NCBI RefSeq assembly: GCF_018977255.1
Contig: NW_024704743.1
Location: 89,902,001-89,966,000 of the forward strand
DNA: 64,000 nt
Reading direction: 5' to 3'
Source of the DNA: Callorhinchus milii
Lineage: Eukaryota
Of this stretch, positions 1-11,531 are shown piece by piece. The notes under the pieces were generated by a model. The model was not told where the DNA came from and did no database searches. It was given only the letters and a program-made list of their open reading frames with translations. Every line of letters begins with the position of its first letter. Position 1 is the first letter of the stretch. The position numbers and the translations under genes are program-made.

Positions 1-495
1 TCTGATCTATATTAATGATCTAGACCTGGATACAGGGAGCACAATTTCCAAATTTGCAGACGATACTAAGCTAGGAAAAGTAGTTAATGGTGAGGAGGAT
101 AGCACCAGACTTCAAGAGGACTTAGACAGATTGGTAAAATGGGCAGAAACGTGACAGATGAGGTTTAATGTGGAGAAGTGTGAAGTGTTGCATTTTGGTA
201 GGAAGAATGAGGAGAGGCAGAATAAGCTAGATGGTACAATCTTAAAGGTGGCAAATGAATAGAGAGACCTGGGGGTTCATATAAGCAAATTGGTAGGACA
301 GGTAGATAAAGCTGTTAAAAAAGCATACGGGATACTAGGTTTTATAAATAGTGGCAGAGAATTCAAAAGTCAGGAAGTTATGTTGAATATTTATAAAATG
401 CTGGTTAGGCCTCAGTTGGAGTACTGGGTTCAGTTCTGGGCACTGTACTTTAGGAAAGATGTTAGGGCACTGGAGACGGTGCAAAGGAGGTCTAC
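1..495 (+). mobile_element. CR1-clade LINE, RT region (left part, split by L2)
   Basis: Translates to [10 protein letters not shown] and [13 protein letters not shown], typical of CR1 ORF2; contains disabling mutations. Confidence 0.9.
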
Positions 496-1866
496 AACAA
501 CAACAACAACAACAACAACAAGATTCCATTTATAAAGCGCCTTTCACGTCAGGAGGACGTCCCAAGGCGCTGCACAGTTGGGTCATGACCCAAGCAGGGG
601 GGAAATGGTCAGGGTGAGGGGAGGGAAGGGAGGGAGCGAGGAGGGGAAGAGAGTCGAGAGGGGAGCTGAAGGCTCGGTCAAAGAGAAAGGTTTTGAGACC
701 GGCCTTGAAGGAGGAAAGGGAGGAAGCGGCGAAGGCACTGGGGGATAGAGTTCCAGAGCCTAGGGGCTGAGAGGCTGAAGGCCCGACCACCGATGGTAGG
801 GCGATTGGGGCGGGGGACGTGGAGCAGACCGGAGCCAGAGGAACGGAGGGTACGGGCAGGTAGGTAGGGGGATAGTAGGTTGGAGAGGTAGGAGGGAGCG
901 AGGCCGTGAATGGCCTTGTAGGTGAGGATGAGGATCTTGAAATCAATCCTCTGGGGGATGGGGAGCCAGTGGAGGCGAGCGAGGGTGGGAGTGATGTGGT
1001 CGCGAAGCCTGGTGCGGGACAGTACACGAGCTGCAGAGTTCTGAATGACCTGCAGCTTGTGGAGGGAGGTGGCGGGAAGGCCGGCGAGGAGAGAGTTCCC
1101 ATAGTCCAGCCTTGAGGTGACAAAGGCGTGAACCAGGGTTTCAGCAGCGTGAGCGTGAGGTAATGCCGTAGTCTGGCGATGTTCCGGAGGTGATGGAAGG
1201 CGGTGCCAGTTGTGGTGCGGATGTGAGGGAGAAAGGACAGCTCAGGGTCGAACAAAACGCCGAGGTTCCTGACCGGCTTTGAGAGGTGGAGAGTGCAGCC
1301 TTGGATGCTGATGGTGTCGGCGCCTGAGGTGCGGAGGCGCTGACGTGAGCCAATCAGGAGGGCTCGGTTTTTCGCACGTTGAGCTGAAGAAAGTTGTCTC
1401 TCGTCCAGGACTCGATGTCGGACAGGCAGGCTGTCAGGACATCGGTGGTCGTGGAGTTGAGAGTAGAGGAGGAAAGGTAGAGTTGGGTGTCATCCGCATA
1501 CATGTGGAAGTTAACTCCATGTCTGCGGATGATGTCACCGAGGGGGAGCATATAGAGGGTGAAGAGGAGGGGACCGAGGACAGAGCCCTGAGGGACACCA
1601 CATGAGACAGTACGGGGGGTGGAGGAGAAGCCATTCGTCGAGACAAAGTGAAGACGGTGAGAAAGGTACGACCTAAACCATTCAAGGACAGTGCCTTGAA
1701 GGTTGAGGTGGGAGGACAAGCGGTGGAGTAGGATAGCGTGGTCGACTGTATCGAATGCTGCCGATAGGTCGAGGAGGACGAGGAGGCAGAGGGAGCCCTG
1801 GTCACAGATGGTCAGGATATCATTGGTGACCTTGACCAGGGCAGTTTCTGTGCTATGGGCAGCACG
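496..1866 (-). mobile_element. Young 5'-truncated L2-clade LINE
   Basis: [21 protein letters not shown] and IIQNSAAR-type motifs; CpG-rich; 3' stem-loop region and (TTG)n tail at 496-520; frameshifted. Confidence 0.92.
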
Positions 1867-1870
1867 ATGG

Positions 1871-2327
1871 TACTAGGATGGTACCAGGAATGAAGGACCT
1901 TAGTTATGAGGAGAGGTTAGCGAAACGAGGATTATTCTCCCTAGAGCAGAAAAGATTAAGAGGGGATTTAATAGAGGTTTTCAAGATCATGAGAGGATTT
2001 GATAGGTTGAACTTGGAAAAACTGTTTCCACTGGCATGTGGGTCAGTAACCCGTGGACACCGATTTAAGATAGTTGTTAAAGAATCAGAGGGGAGGTTAG
2101 GAATTTTTTTTTCACCCAGCGAGTTGTTCGGATCTGGAATGCATTACCTGAAATGGTAGTGGAAGCCGATTCAATAACAACTTTTAAGAGAGAAATAGAT
2201 GGGTATTTGGGGAGAACTATGGAGAGAAAGCGGGCCAGTGGGATTGAGTTGGATTGCTCTTTTAGGAGCCGGTGCAGACGTGATGGGCCGAATGGCCTCT
2301 TTCTGTGCTGTATGGTTCTATGATTCT
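1871..2327 (+). mobile_element. CR1-clade LINE 3' end (continuation of 1-495)
   Basis: MVPGMKDLSYEERL...LRGDLIEVFKI...TRGH, ending in a TTCTATGATTCT tail. Confidence 0.9.
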
Positions 2328-2429
2328 CAACCCCGTAACAGGCAGCAGTATTTAACCAGTAGTATTGAATTGATTGCATATAACTAACATGAGTTATCTA
2401 GCAGTGTTTCATTCTCAGAAGATGTTACA

Positions 2430-3352
2430 TTTTGACACTGTCGATCACTCTATCCTTTCAACCTTCATGGTTCTGATCCTACCTCTCAGACCGTCTCCAC
2501 TTGGTCTCCACAAATGGTTTCTCTTCCAGCCCCCGCACTGGGTCATGCGGCATTCCCCAGGCCTCTGTCCTTGGTCCTCTCCTCTTGAACATGTACATGC
2601 TCCCTCTTGGTGACATCATCTGTAGACATGGGGTCAACTCCCTGGATGAGAGCTACCTTTCTCCAGTTGAATGTCAACAAGACCGAGGCCCTCCTGATTA
2701 GCTCCTGTCAGTGCCTCTACACCTCAGGCACTGCAGCATCACTATCCATGGATGCACACTCCACATCACTGAGCCAGTCTGGAACCTTGACATTTTTGAT
2801 TTTAAACTATCCTTTTTATCCCACATGCTATGACCCGTTCCGCCTGCCCCCACCCCCACAACATTGCCCGGCTCCCCCATTGCCTCTCCCCTTAGTCCAC
2901 TGAAACCCTCATCCATGTATTTATTACATCTAAGGTTGACTACGCCAACTCCCTACTTGTCGGCCTTTGCAACTCTTCCCTCCACAATCTGCAGATCATC
3001 CAGAACTCTGCAGCTTGTGTCCTTTCCCGCATCAGGCTCTCTGACCCTTTTCACCCCCACCCTCACCCAGCTCCACTGGCTGCCCATCCCCTTTGATAGA
3101 GTTCAAAATACTCGTCCTCGTATTCAAAGCGCTCCACAGCCTTACTCCTTCCTACTTCTGTGACCTGCTAACGCCATATCAACCTGTCCGCTCCCTCCGC
3201 TCAGCAGGCTCTGGCCTGCTCCGGATCTCCCGCCTGCTTGGCCCACCATCGGTGGTCAAGCCTTCAGCCTCCCTGACCGCATCCTTTGGAACTCCAGCCC
3301 ACAGTCCCATCGCCTCGCTCCTCCCTTGTCTCCTTCAAGGCACATCTCAAGA
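2430..3352 (+). mobile_element. Degraded L2 LINE
   Basis: [21 protein letters not shown] and LHWLPI remnants with deletions. Confidence 0.8.
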
Positions 3353-4064
3353 CAATGTCTGTTGTCAAAATTTCTTAAGGAGTCACTGAAAGCACAGTGG
3401 ACCATGCCAGTGTTTGTATGATGTCAGGAGCGCTCAAGGGTGAAATGACAATGGAACTTTTTGAACATTTGAATGTATTACAACTTCACGTGGTGTAAAA
3501 AAGCACAATATTATATGCAATTCACAACCCACACGTAGAACAATTATCAATGACCTCCTGTGTAAACAGTCTAATTAAAGAGTATATACCTCTTTCGAAA
3601 GAAAATACTTCTTAAACAAATTGTTGGTGTATAATGCCTTTTACACAGAGTAATGTCTCATAAACATTACATGCTATCTATGGAGTCAATATACATATAA
3701 TATATATATATAAACAACACACCTTACTTGCATGTTTACATCCAAAATTAGATCCGAAGTTAGATGGTAAAATATAATTTTAAAAAATGGGTGGGGCATT
3801 TTATAATTGGATGACTTCATTCAATAAGAAAGATGCAAGATAATCCTCTTTTTGGTTCAGTTGGGTGTCTGACACATGTGGAAATATAATGCATGTGGGA
3901 ATTAAGAATAGAAAACACATGTACTCTAAGGAAAGAGTTGAATTTGCCAAGAAAGAAGCTGATAAGAGATCTAGAGGTATGAGTTGACTCATTGCTCACC
4001 ATGTAAAACAGTGTGAAGCAGAAATAGCAACTTGCATTTACATAGCAGCCTTCATGTTCACATC

Positions 4065-4910
4065 TCAGATCACTGGAGCAAGAAACAAAGTAAACAGGAT
4101 GTTGGGCTATATTGCCTAATCATTTGAAATCAAATTCCCAGACACCATAATCAAGTTGTACAATGCTCTGGTGAGGCTTCACCTATAATATTGCATACAG
4201 TCCCTCCATGACATAAGGCCCATGCCATAGACATGGTGCTGAGGAGAATAATAAGGAGGGGAGATGTAGTTTTAGAAGACTTACTTATGAGCAACGATTA
4301 GCCAAGCTAGGATGCATCAGTCTTGAACAAACATGTCTGAGATGGAACATTATAGAGGTAATTTTTTAAATGGAGTTGAAAAGTAAACCCAAATTAACAA
4401 TATTAAACAATATTCCAGATGTACTGAGACGACATAACAAGGAGACACTGTTTAAAGTTGCAAAGAGGAATTTCAGGACAGATATCAGGAAGTATTTATT
4501 TATCCAGAGGATAATAAACAACTGGAACAGTCCTGCAATAGTTGATGCTGTAACTGGACAATGGCAGGGTGGATGTTCTGGAAGGACAATAATAATAATA
4601 TTAATAATAATAAGGATGAGATCAGATGGGTCAAAGAGTGTAAAGAATCCTGTTATAATTCTCATCAAACAATAGAAATAGAAGAATTTCTGCATTGATA
4701 TATTTTTGGTTACATTATATGGTCCTGTATCCAGGATAAAGGAAGTAAACTCAAAACATTAAGAAGATTCAAAGTTGTGAAGGGCAAGTTCAGGACATGC
4801 ACAAGGATGTTTTTCTTCATAAAGAGGGTAACCAACAGTTAGACCAGATATTGGGAAATGTGTATGAGATGAAGGTACTAGATTAATTTAAGAAGCAGTT
4901 TACACTTTAA
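4065..4910 (+). mobile_element. Old CR1 3' fragments
   Basis: Degenerate LYNALVR and FRTDIRKYLFIQRIINNWN remnants. Confidence 0.6.
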
Positions 4911-5094
4911 TATCTTTTAGGGTGAAGGAGGAGAAAGAAACGCTGACAATTCTCAGCATGGACAGGGTCTATTCTTCCACAAAATGTCAGACACTGAGAA
5001 AGGGAGAAAAAAATGCTATTTGCCCATCAGCAAATTGCTCTTTATTTATAGCACACTGTACACAAATATTAAAATTATAAATATTTAAAATGGG

Positions 5095-5153
5095 GGACAA
5101 ACAGACAAAAGAACAAGACTTACAGCCATCGCTGTAAAGAAAATGTTTTTATT
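5095..5153 (-). terminator. Poly(A) signal with GU-rich downstream element
   Basis: AATAAA on minus at 5148-5153, followed ~30 nt later by GTCTTGTTCTTTTGTCTGTTTGT. Alternative AATAAA sites at 5357-5362, 5041-5046 and 7849-7854. Confidence 0.6.
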
Positions 5154-8115
5154 AATAGTGGAGCCATGTTAAATACCATCACCAGAAATGAGTTTGTTTT
5201 ACATTGTTTTCGCCACATACAGGCCAGTTGCCCAGTATCCTAACAGCAGTGTCCCATTTACTTAAAATCTATGTACAAGACAGCTGTGTTTTGCTGGATT
5301 AGTGCCATTTACATGACTAAATCATAAACAGAGTTGTGGACATTATAATGTGAAAATTTATTAAAAAATTATATCAAGTTTCAAATAAATACTGCATAAT
5401 GATTAAATATGTACAAATCTTTCATACTTTAACATCATTCTAAGATTTTTTTGAAAGATCACTTTAAACAGGTATATTATGCACAAAACAATTGGATGCA
5501 GGTTAACTGAACTGCATTGTCAAGATAATGAGGCAGCACAAAGAAAACAACATTTGAATTTTTGGAATTTTTTGTTTAAAAAAGGGAGAGACAAAGAAAT
5601 CTTTGATTATTATCATTCGTTCAGACTTGCAGTTGCTCACAGCAATGGGGAAAACTGATGTTGGCAGCCACTGCTCCTTTTACTGGTCCCAAAGGTTTGT
5701 GTATTTTCAGTGACATTATAGGAATCCCTTTTCTTGTTTTTTTTGTGTGGATGGTCAATATTCAAAACATTATCTACAATGCTTTGGTCATGAAAAAGAG
5801 AACCAAGAATCAGTCTTGGTTCAAATAAAATTGCACTACAAATAGAAATCAAAAGGCATTTATCTTTTTTTAAAATGTGGTTATCTTTCAAAGATACTCA
5901 TAGTTTGCATGCTCCTTTCCATTCACCTCAGAGATTGGAAATTCAGTGGGTGAGGTATTCCTCGTGAGGCTACGTACAACCACATTGATGATGTGCACTG
6001 AGATCTGTAATTCAGCCTGTGCTCCTGAACTTAGCTAAAGCTGCTACATTCAGCAGTGTGAGAACTTCCTCACTTCATAGCTTCAGCACCATCCATTAAC
6101 AAACACGGATAATGCATCTCACAGCCTACGGAGCACAGCTTTTTTTTTTAAACAAATAAATCCTTTTCAATGTGGGAGCCGGGAGGGAAGAGTGTGTCGT
6201 AGCATGGCATTAAATTGATAATGTGTGAAATCTTGTTGGGAACCAAAATCTACGATCGAATAACAAATGACTTTTTTGGCCAATTTTCAGCTGTATTGAC
6301 CACGTGTACATCAGCTCATGTTGAAAGTCCTCATTAAAACTATGTGTGAAAATTGAACTTTACAGCAAAACAGCTTGACCCACAGATACCTTGTCTGAAG
6401 TACTTTGGGAGCTTAAGCATGCAAAAACATTCTTCTGATTGGATGCTTTCAACTTCTTCGGCTAGAGAAAACTACTAATTTCCAATCGTTAATTAATTTT
6501 CCAACAAAATACCACATTACTGGATTTATCATATAATGTTTCTTATTCCATATCATTGCTACATAACGTCAGAAAAAACATTGTCGCTTCCCTACAGTAT
6601 ATACACGGTCAATGCTGCTGGAAATTATCTTATTACTGAAGAGAGTTTTCACTTTTGTTCTGTACAATGGTGACAAGATTCCAATTATTTGCTGTAGAAT
6701 TCAATTTAAGATGGGGGAAAATGTAAATCATTTCTATGTAATCATGCACTGTACAATAAAAAGGATGCTGCAAAATTTTCAATTGTTTTTGTCAAATGCA
6801 TGCTGAATTACTGTAGTGTGTGCCCAAGCCATGTTGCAAAAAACGTCTCAACATGCTTGCAAATCATATAAATTTCTTTTTTTTCTTTTTTTGCTCTTTC
6901 TCAATGATATATTTTTACCCAAAGAATGAAAATACATCAATGCTCTGCAGCCCTCAGCCCAAATATGGACCTTGAGTGGCCAGAAACAAAGAAGATGTAC
7001 ATTAGAGTACATTAAACGACCCAAAGGAAAGGGACAGAGCAGCATGGGGTTGTCTATGAACAATGACAGACTTTGAAGGCCTGTATCTTTAAATAAGTAA
7101 TTAATTTAACTAAGTTTTGTCATTTGACTCTTTTAAAATCTCAGATAAAAATTACTGTTTAGTTCAGAATGACCCTTCCTCATTTTCTTTGCCTGCAAAA
7201 AACCAGACCCACAAATGAGCTACTCTGAATATGGGAAATACCATGCCTTTGTATCACACTGTTGCATTCACTCCCCCATAAAACCATGCACTGGTGAAAC
7301 ATTGTCTTTTTTAAAAAATAATATAAATTGTTGAAAATGGCTGTGTCAGTTTTTTTTTGCAAGTTGCAGCCTCAAGAAAATAATTTAAAGATTTTTTTAA
7401 ATTCAGCTAAATTTATGTCCATGCAATTTTTTTTTAAACGTCATACAGTATATCAGCAGAGAAACAATGATATCAGATCACATAGCCCTCTCCCTTTGGG
7501 ATTCACTGTGGCTTTCCTCCTGGAGCTTTCAAGTCCGCTTTGAGTGTCAATATCATGTCTTGTATTTTTTTTAAAAAAGGTAAACCTGCTGTTCCCTCAT
7601 CATTTTGCTCAGCTGACTCCATTTCGTCTCCCCTTGTTTGGTGACGTGCAGCCAATACGTTTATCATTTGAGCCATCTTCCTCACAGCACTCACAAGCGG
7701 CCGTCACTGACTTCAAGGGGTTGTTGCTTATAGGAAGCAAGTAGGTGGGATAGGAGAAGCAGGCGACCCAGTGTAGGAATAAACAACAAAAGAAAGGATG
7801 GTTCATTGAAAAATAAGGGTGTCTGCTGCATGAATTGATCAGTTCTTATTTATTTTTTAAATCCATGGCTTCTGATTGGACAAAAAAAAAACTATTGTCA
7901 TTTAATTCCAACAACCATTTAAGTTCTGCAAAACTGCACTCCTTCCCTAAGGACCTTCACAGGGCACACCGTGCGCAATTTTCCTCTGAGTACACAGGAC
8001 CGCTTTTACTCCCTAGGAACAGGCTCAGAAGACAGAACATCAAGCATGCAGTGTAACCAGGGCTTGCGACCTGCTAGCTGAACACTGGTTGCTGTAGCAA
8101 CGCCTTTCACAAGTG
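5130..8115 (-). other. Probable ~3 kb 3'UTR of RIMS2
   Basis: AU-rich stretch with no recognisable transposon, directly after the stop codon and ending at clustered AATAAA signals. Confidence 0.7.
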
Positions 8116-8334
8116 CTATGAGCGAGCGTAAGAAGGTCCGGTTGAGCTCTCGAGCGATGATTGGGAAGCTCGTCTTGTCAGCGGGGCTAAGGTCGGATCC
8201 ACCAGGGAGGAAGTGGGAAAGAGTTTGTACCAGCCAATCACCATGTTGGACAGGTCAAGGTCCTCTAAAAGAATCTGTGCAACTCCCATGAAGGATTTGT
8301 GGTCCATTCGTCCATAATCCCCCCATACTATTAT
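8116..8334 (-). CDS. RIMS2: RIMS2 last coding exon (IIVWGDYGRMDHKSFMGVAQ...TRRASQSSLESSTGPSYARS*)
   Basis: Acceptor cggcag|ATA, stop TAG at 8116-8118. IIVWG, DHKSF, PTLAP and GPSYxRS are RIMS2-type rather than RIMS1/3/4-type residues. Confidence 0.95.
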   Translation of the reverse strand: MIVWGDYGRMDHKSFMGVAQILLEDLDLSNMVIGWYKLFPTSSLVDPTLAPLTRRASQSSLESSTGPSYARS

Positions 8335-9277
8335 CTGCCGGAGAGAAGAAATATATTAGTAACTTCGGAATATAATGCTCCAGTGCTCTGAAACACTACC
8401 CTGTGTGGCACAAAATGAATGCAAGTTGTTCTTGTCATTGTAAATACTTCTTATTTTCTATCATTCCCATTAGTGCTCTCTGACTAAACGCGGTTCACAG
8501 GTCTCTGTGAGAATGAGAGTGATTCAGGTAAACTCGACCACTTGCTTTTCTTTTCCTCTTGAAGGGAGACACTGATCTGATCTCAACACATCCCTGAGGA
8601 CCCAGCTTGTCCACCCTCACCATTGAGAGTGACATGAGGTGAGTCTGCTACAGTCTAGTCAGTGTGGTAAATATCACATGGACCACAATGCTAGTTATAT
8701 CGGGTTTCGCTACTCTTAACAGCTATTTATTTAATGTTTCAACCCAGCACAATTTCTCACCAATAACAGATATGTAACTCCCCAATGGCCAGATGGGTAA
8801 TTCCAATGTTCAGAGTCTCTTTAAACTTTATCGACCAAAAGTTTTAAGTTCAAATTTTGGTCTAAATTGAGTTATCGGATTTCACACAGGGCACTGCGAT
8901 AATTGCAGAGAGGGGTATCAGGCATGATTCCCACTCTTATCGTTTCCGGGTAAGGTTCCTGTGTGGAGGTTGGGATAGGACAGCATTGAACTTGGCAGTG
9001 ATGTTTTCCTTGGGATAATAACCTGTTAATACTGATTGTGAAGTCACACAAGTGAATCCGAGCCACTCGAGTGAACTACATGAAGCTCAACTGGAGGACA
9101 CTATTGAGAAATATTTGCCCTTGTTGGAAACATTTACTGAATTGGAGAGTAACCCCAATTGACCTTTCTAATACACAAAGATACAATACTGATTCATTGA
9201 CTAGGACCCACCAAGATGCATTTGTTAAACGTCCAATATGATAGTGTAAACAAAGAGATAATGTAAGAAATGGTTAC

Positions 9278-9417
9278 CTGAAGAACCTTTCCCTGGGGAC
9301 TATCTTCAAATCCCAGCGGTTGCTGGTATAGAGGTTCCAATGTTTTTCGTGCTACTTTTGTTTTCTTCTTGGCTATGCAGACACCATTTTCCAATAGATA
9401 AACCTTGACATAAGGCG
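9278..9417 (-). CDS. RIMS2: RIMS2 C2B exon (A-PYVKVYLLENGVCIAKKKTKVARKTLEPLYQQPLGFEDSPQGKVLQ)
   Basis: Acceptor catttag|CG, donor CAG|gtaacc, 140 nt; carries the C2B polybasic KKKTK motif. Confidence 0.96.
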
Positions 9418-9926
9418 CTAAATGAGGAAACAGCATCATTACAATGTTAAATTTACCCCAATGTTTGCACTGAATTATGAGCAAGAATGCATTGCACAAA
9501 ATACTACAGAATATTTCTGTAAATGATAACATGTTTCACATCAGTGGTTCAAATAATGTTATAATCTACAAATCTACATTACATGAGTGATATATTAACG
9601 TCATTTCAACTCCAAGGACTTTTATTACCTTAAAATATGTTCCTATCCAGACATACATTAAATGTAATTTCTGCAGGTATTATACACCACATATAACACA
9701 ACTAACTAGCTAGCTAGTTAGTTAGTTAGTTAGTTAGCTAGCTAACTGTCAGTTTAAAACATTCACCTACAATCAACAGTTGTATTTAATGTGAACCTTA
9801 TTAGACTCATTTTATGAGAACATTTGTGCATCATATGTGGGAAATTCCAGAGCACATTTAGCAATATGTTATCATTTAGATGGAACTAGAGATTTAGTTT
9901 GAAACAGAAGTAATAAGGAAACATAT

Positions 9927-10140
9927 TATAATAATAATAATCCTTGCATTTGATATAGCGCTTTTCACGTCGGGAGGACGTCCCAAAGCGCTTTACAGAA
10001 CACACTGTAAAGTGAATTGACTGTATATTTGTGGGCGAACGCGGCAGCCAATTGCGCACAGCAATGTCCCACAAACAGTCGTAGATTGAAAATGACCAAT
10101 TTATTATTGTTTTTGGTTTTGGAGGGATTATTATTATTAT
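9927..10140 (-). mobile_element. Young SINE, headless copy (body and tail only)
   Basis: 4 mismatches in ~205 nt against the 3' part of the copy at 23717-24043. Confidence 0.9.
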
Positions 10141-11429
10141 TGTACAAACAGCATTTAACATTAAGGCATCCTAAAGGGCCTCAGTGTTTTTCTGTAAGGA
10201 AGACAATCAGTGTCTAATTTGCAATACTTCCAAACAGAATTCCTTAATCCAAATCACAGATAGGAATTCTTTCAAGTAACCAGAAGTAAGTCCAATCTGT
10301 AGAAACTCTGCACCAGAATGGAGATCTTGTAAATTGTCAGTAGTTTGTTAAAAATGCTGCAAATTAGCCCCCAATTTATATTAAATTATTGGAGATGTGC
10401 TAAGGTAACAGAACAAAAACTAAAATAGAACTGTTGACTGTTGGAAAAACAGTGTGAGCGGACAGTTGCATCTCATGTTTCGAAAGAATTGTGATTGTTC
10501 TTGACATGTAAGCATCGCTGTCGCAATGACTGGAGGTTATATGGGTGCATAGGAATGAGAACGTGAATGAGTCACAAGATGTGGTATCGTAAGCAAAGCT
10601 GTGTTTAATAATAATACTGTGTCTTCGGTTCAAAGAATCGGTGACGTATGTTCATGTTGGTAATGAGGGACAGCAGCTCTGTTCTAATGCTTCTGCTACA
10701 AGACTGCTCTGAGGTTTCCAATTTTCCTCCATATATCGGGAGGTGGTAAATCACCACTGAATTGCCATTCACAGCATTGTTGACCTGTGGTCAAAGTCAA
10801 TCAGTAACTAATGATTAGTTCAGGGATTATTGGGTCTAAAACCCGTGATAGCTGGCATTGAATTTGTGCACTGTGAAGCATGGCATTTAAGGGCTTGTTC
10901 CTGGGATACTGTCTTGATTTGTTTCTTGGTTGAGTTAAGCTGATATCTTGTGAACTGGCACTCAAATGCAGTGCGCTCTGCCATTAACAACTCCACTGTA
11001 GGCCACCAGTGCCTTCAGGTCCAATGATTGTGCTGAAGTCAGTGTGGGGGAAGTGGGATCACACCTGTAACATCAGTGAATAGTTAGTGACTGGTCTTAA
11101 ACATAATTTTGAATCATACCACGGGGTGAAATTTGCAGTTTTATAATACATTCATGTCAGATATATTACAAAGCACCACTAACTAGATTTCTTGCCATTT
11201 TAGGAAATATCTTTATATGAAGGAATAGAAATGTTTTATGAGGGAGTTGGGAAGCAGCTCCAATTCTTGGCAGTGATTTTCGATGGGTCGAGTTTGCTCA
11301 CAAAATGGTAGGGGGACTCTGGCCACATGAAGGGGTCATATCAATACTGACTTCCTCTTTTTTCTGCTGCCCTTGTCTTGTTCACAAGAAGAGATAGAAG
11401 GAAAAGGAAAAAGAAATAGCAGTCATTAC

Positions 11430-11531
11430 CAGGTAATGCTTTGGATCCAGGTTTTCCTACAAGTCCTCGGGCCCTGATGACTTCCACTTCGAGTTGTCCT
11501 TTCCGATCCATCATGCCGATCTGGATGTCAC
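11430..11531 (-). CDS. RIMS2: RIMS2 C2B exon (G-DIQIGMMDRKGQLEVEVIRARGLVGKPGSKALP)
   Basis: Translated by hand (absent from the ORF track). Acceptor cttcag|GT, donor G|gtaatg, 102 nt; phases match both neighbours. Confidence 0.95.

Noticed and set aside
335..529. Poly-Cys, poly-Thr and poly-Tyr ORFs in the track
   Set aside because: These are translations of (TTG)n or (TTA)n retroposon tails.
6082..6115. REST/NRSE site (TTCAGCACC)
   Set aside because: Only the left half-site is present; there is no convincing GGACAG right half.
9700..9746. 24-bp palindrome AACTAACTAGCTAGCTAGTTAGTT
   Set aside because: Explained by a compound (CTAG)/(TTAG) microsatellite.
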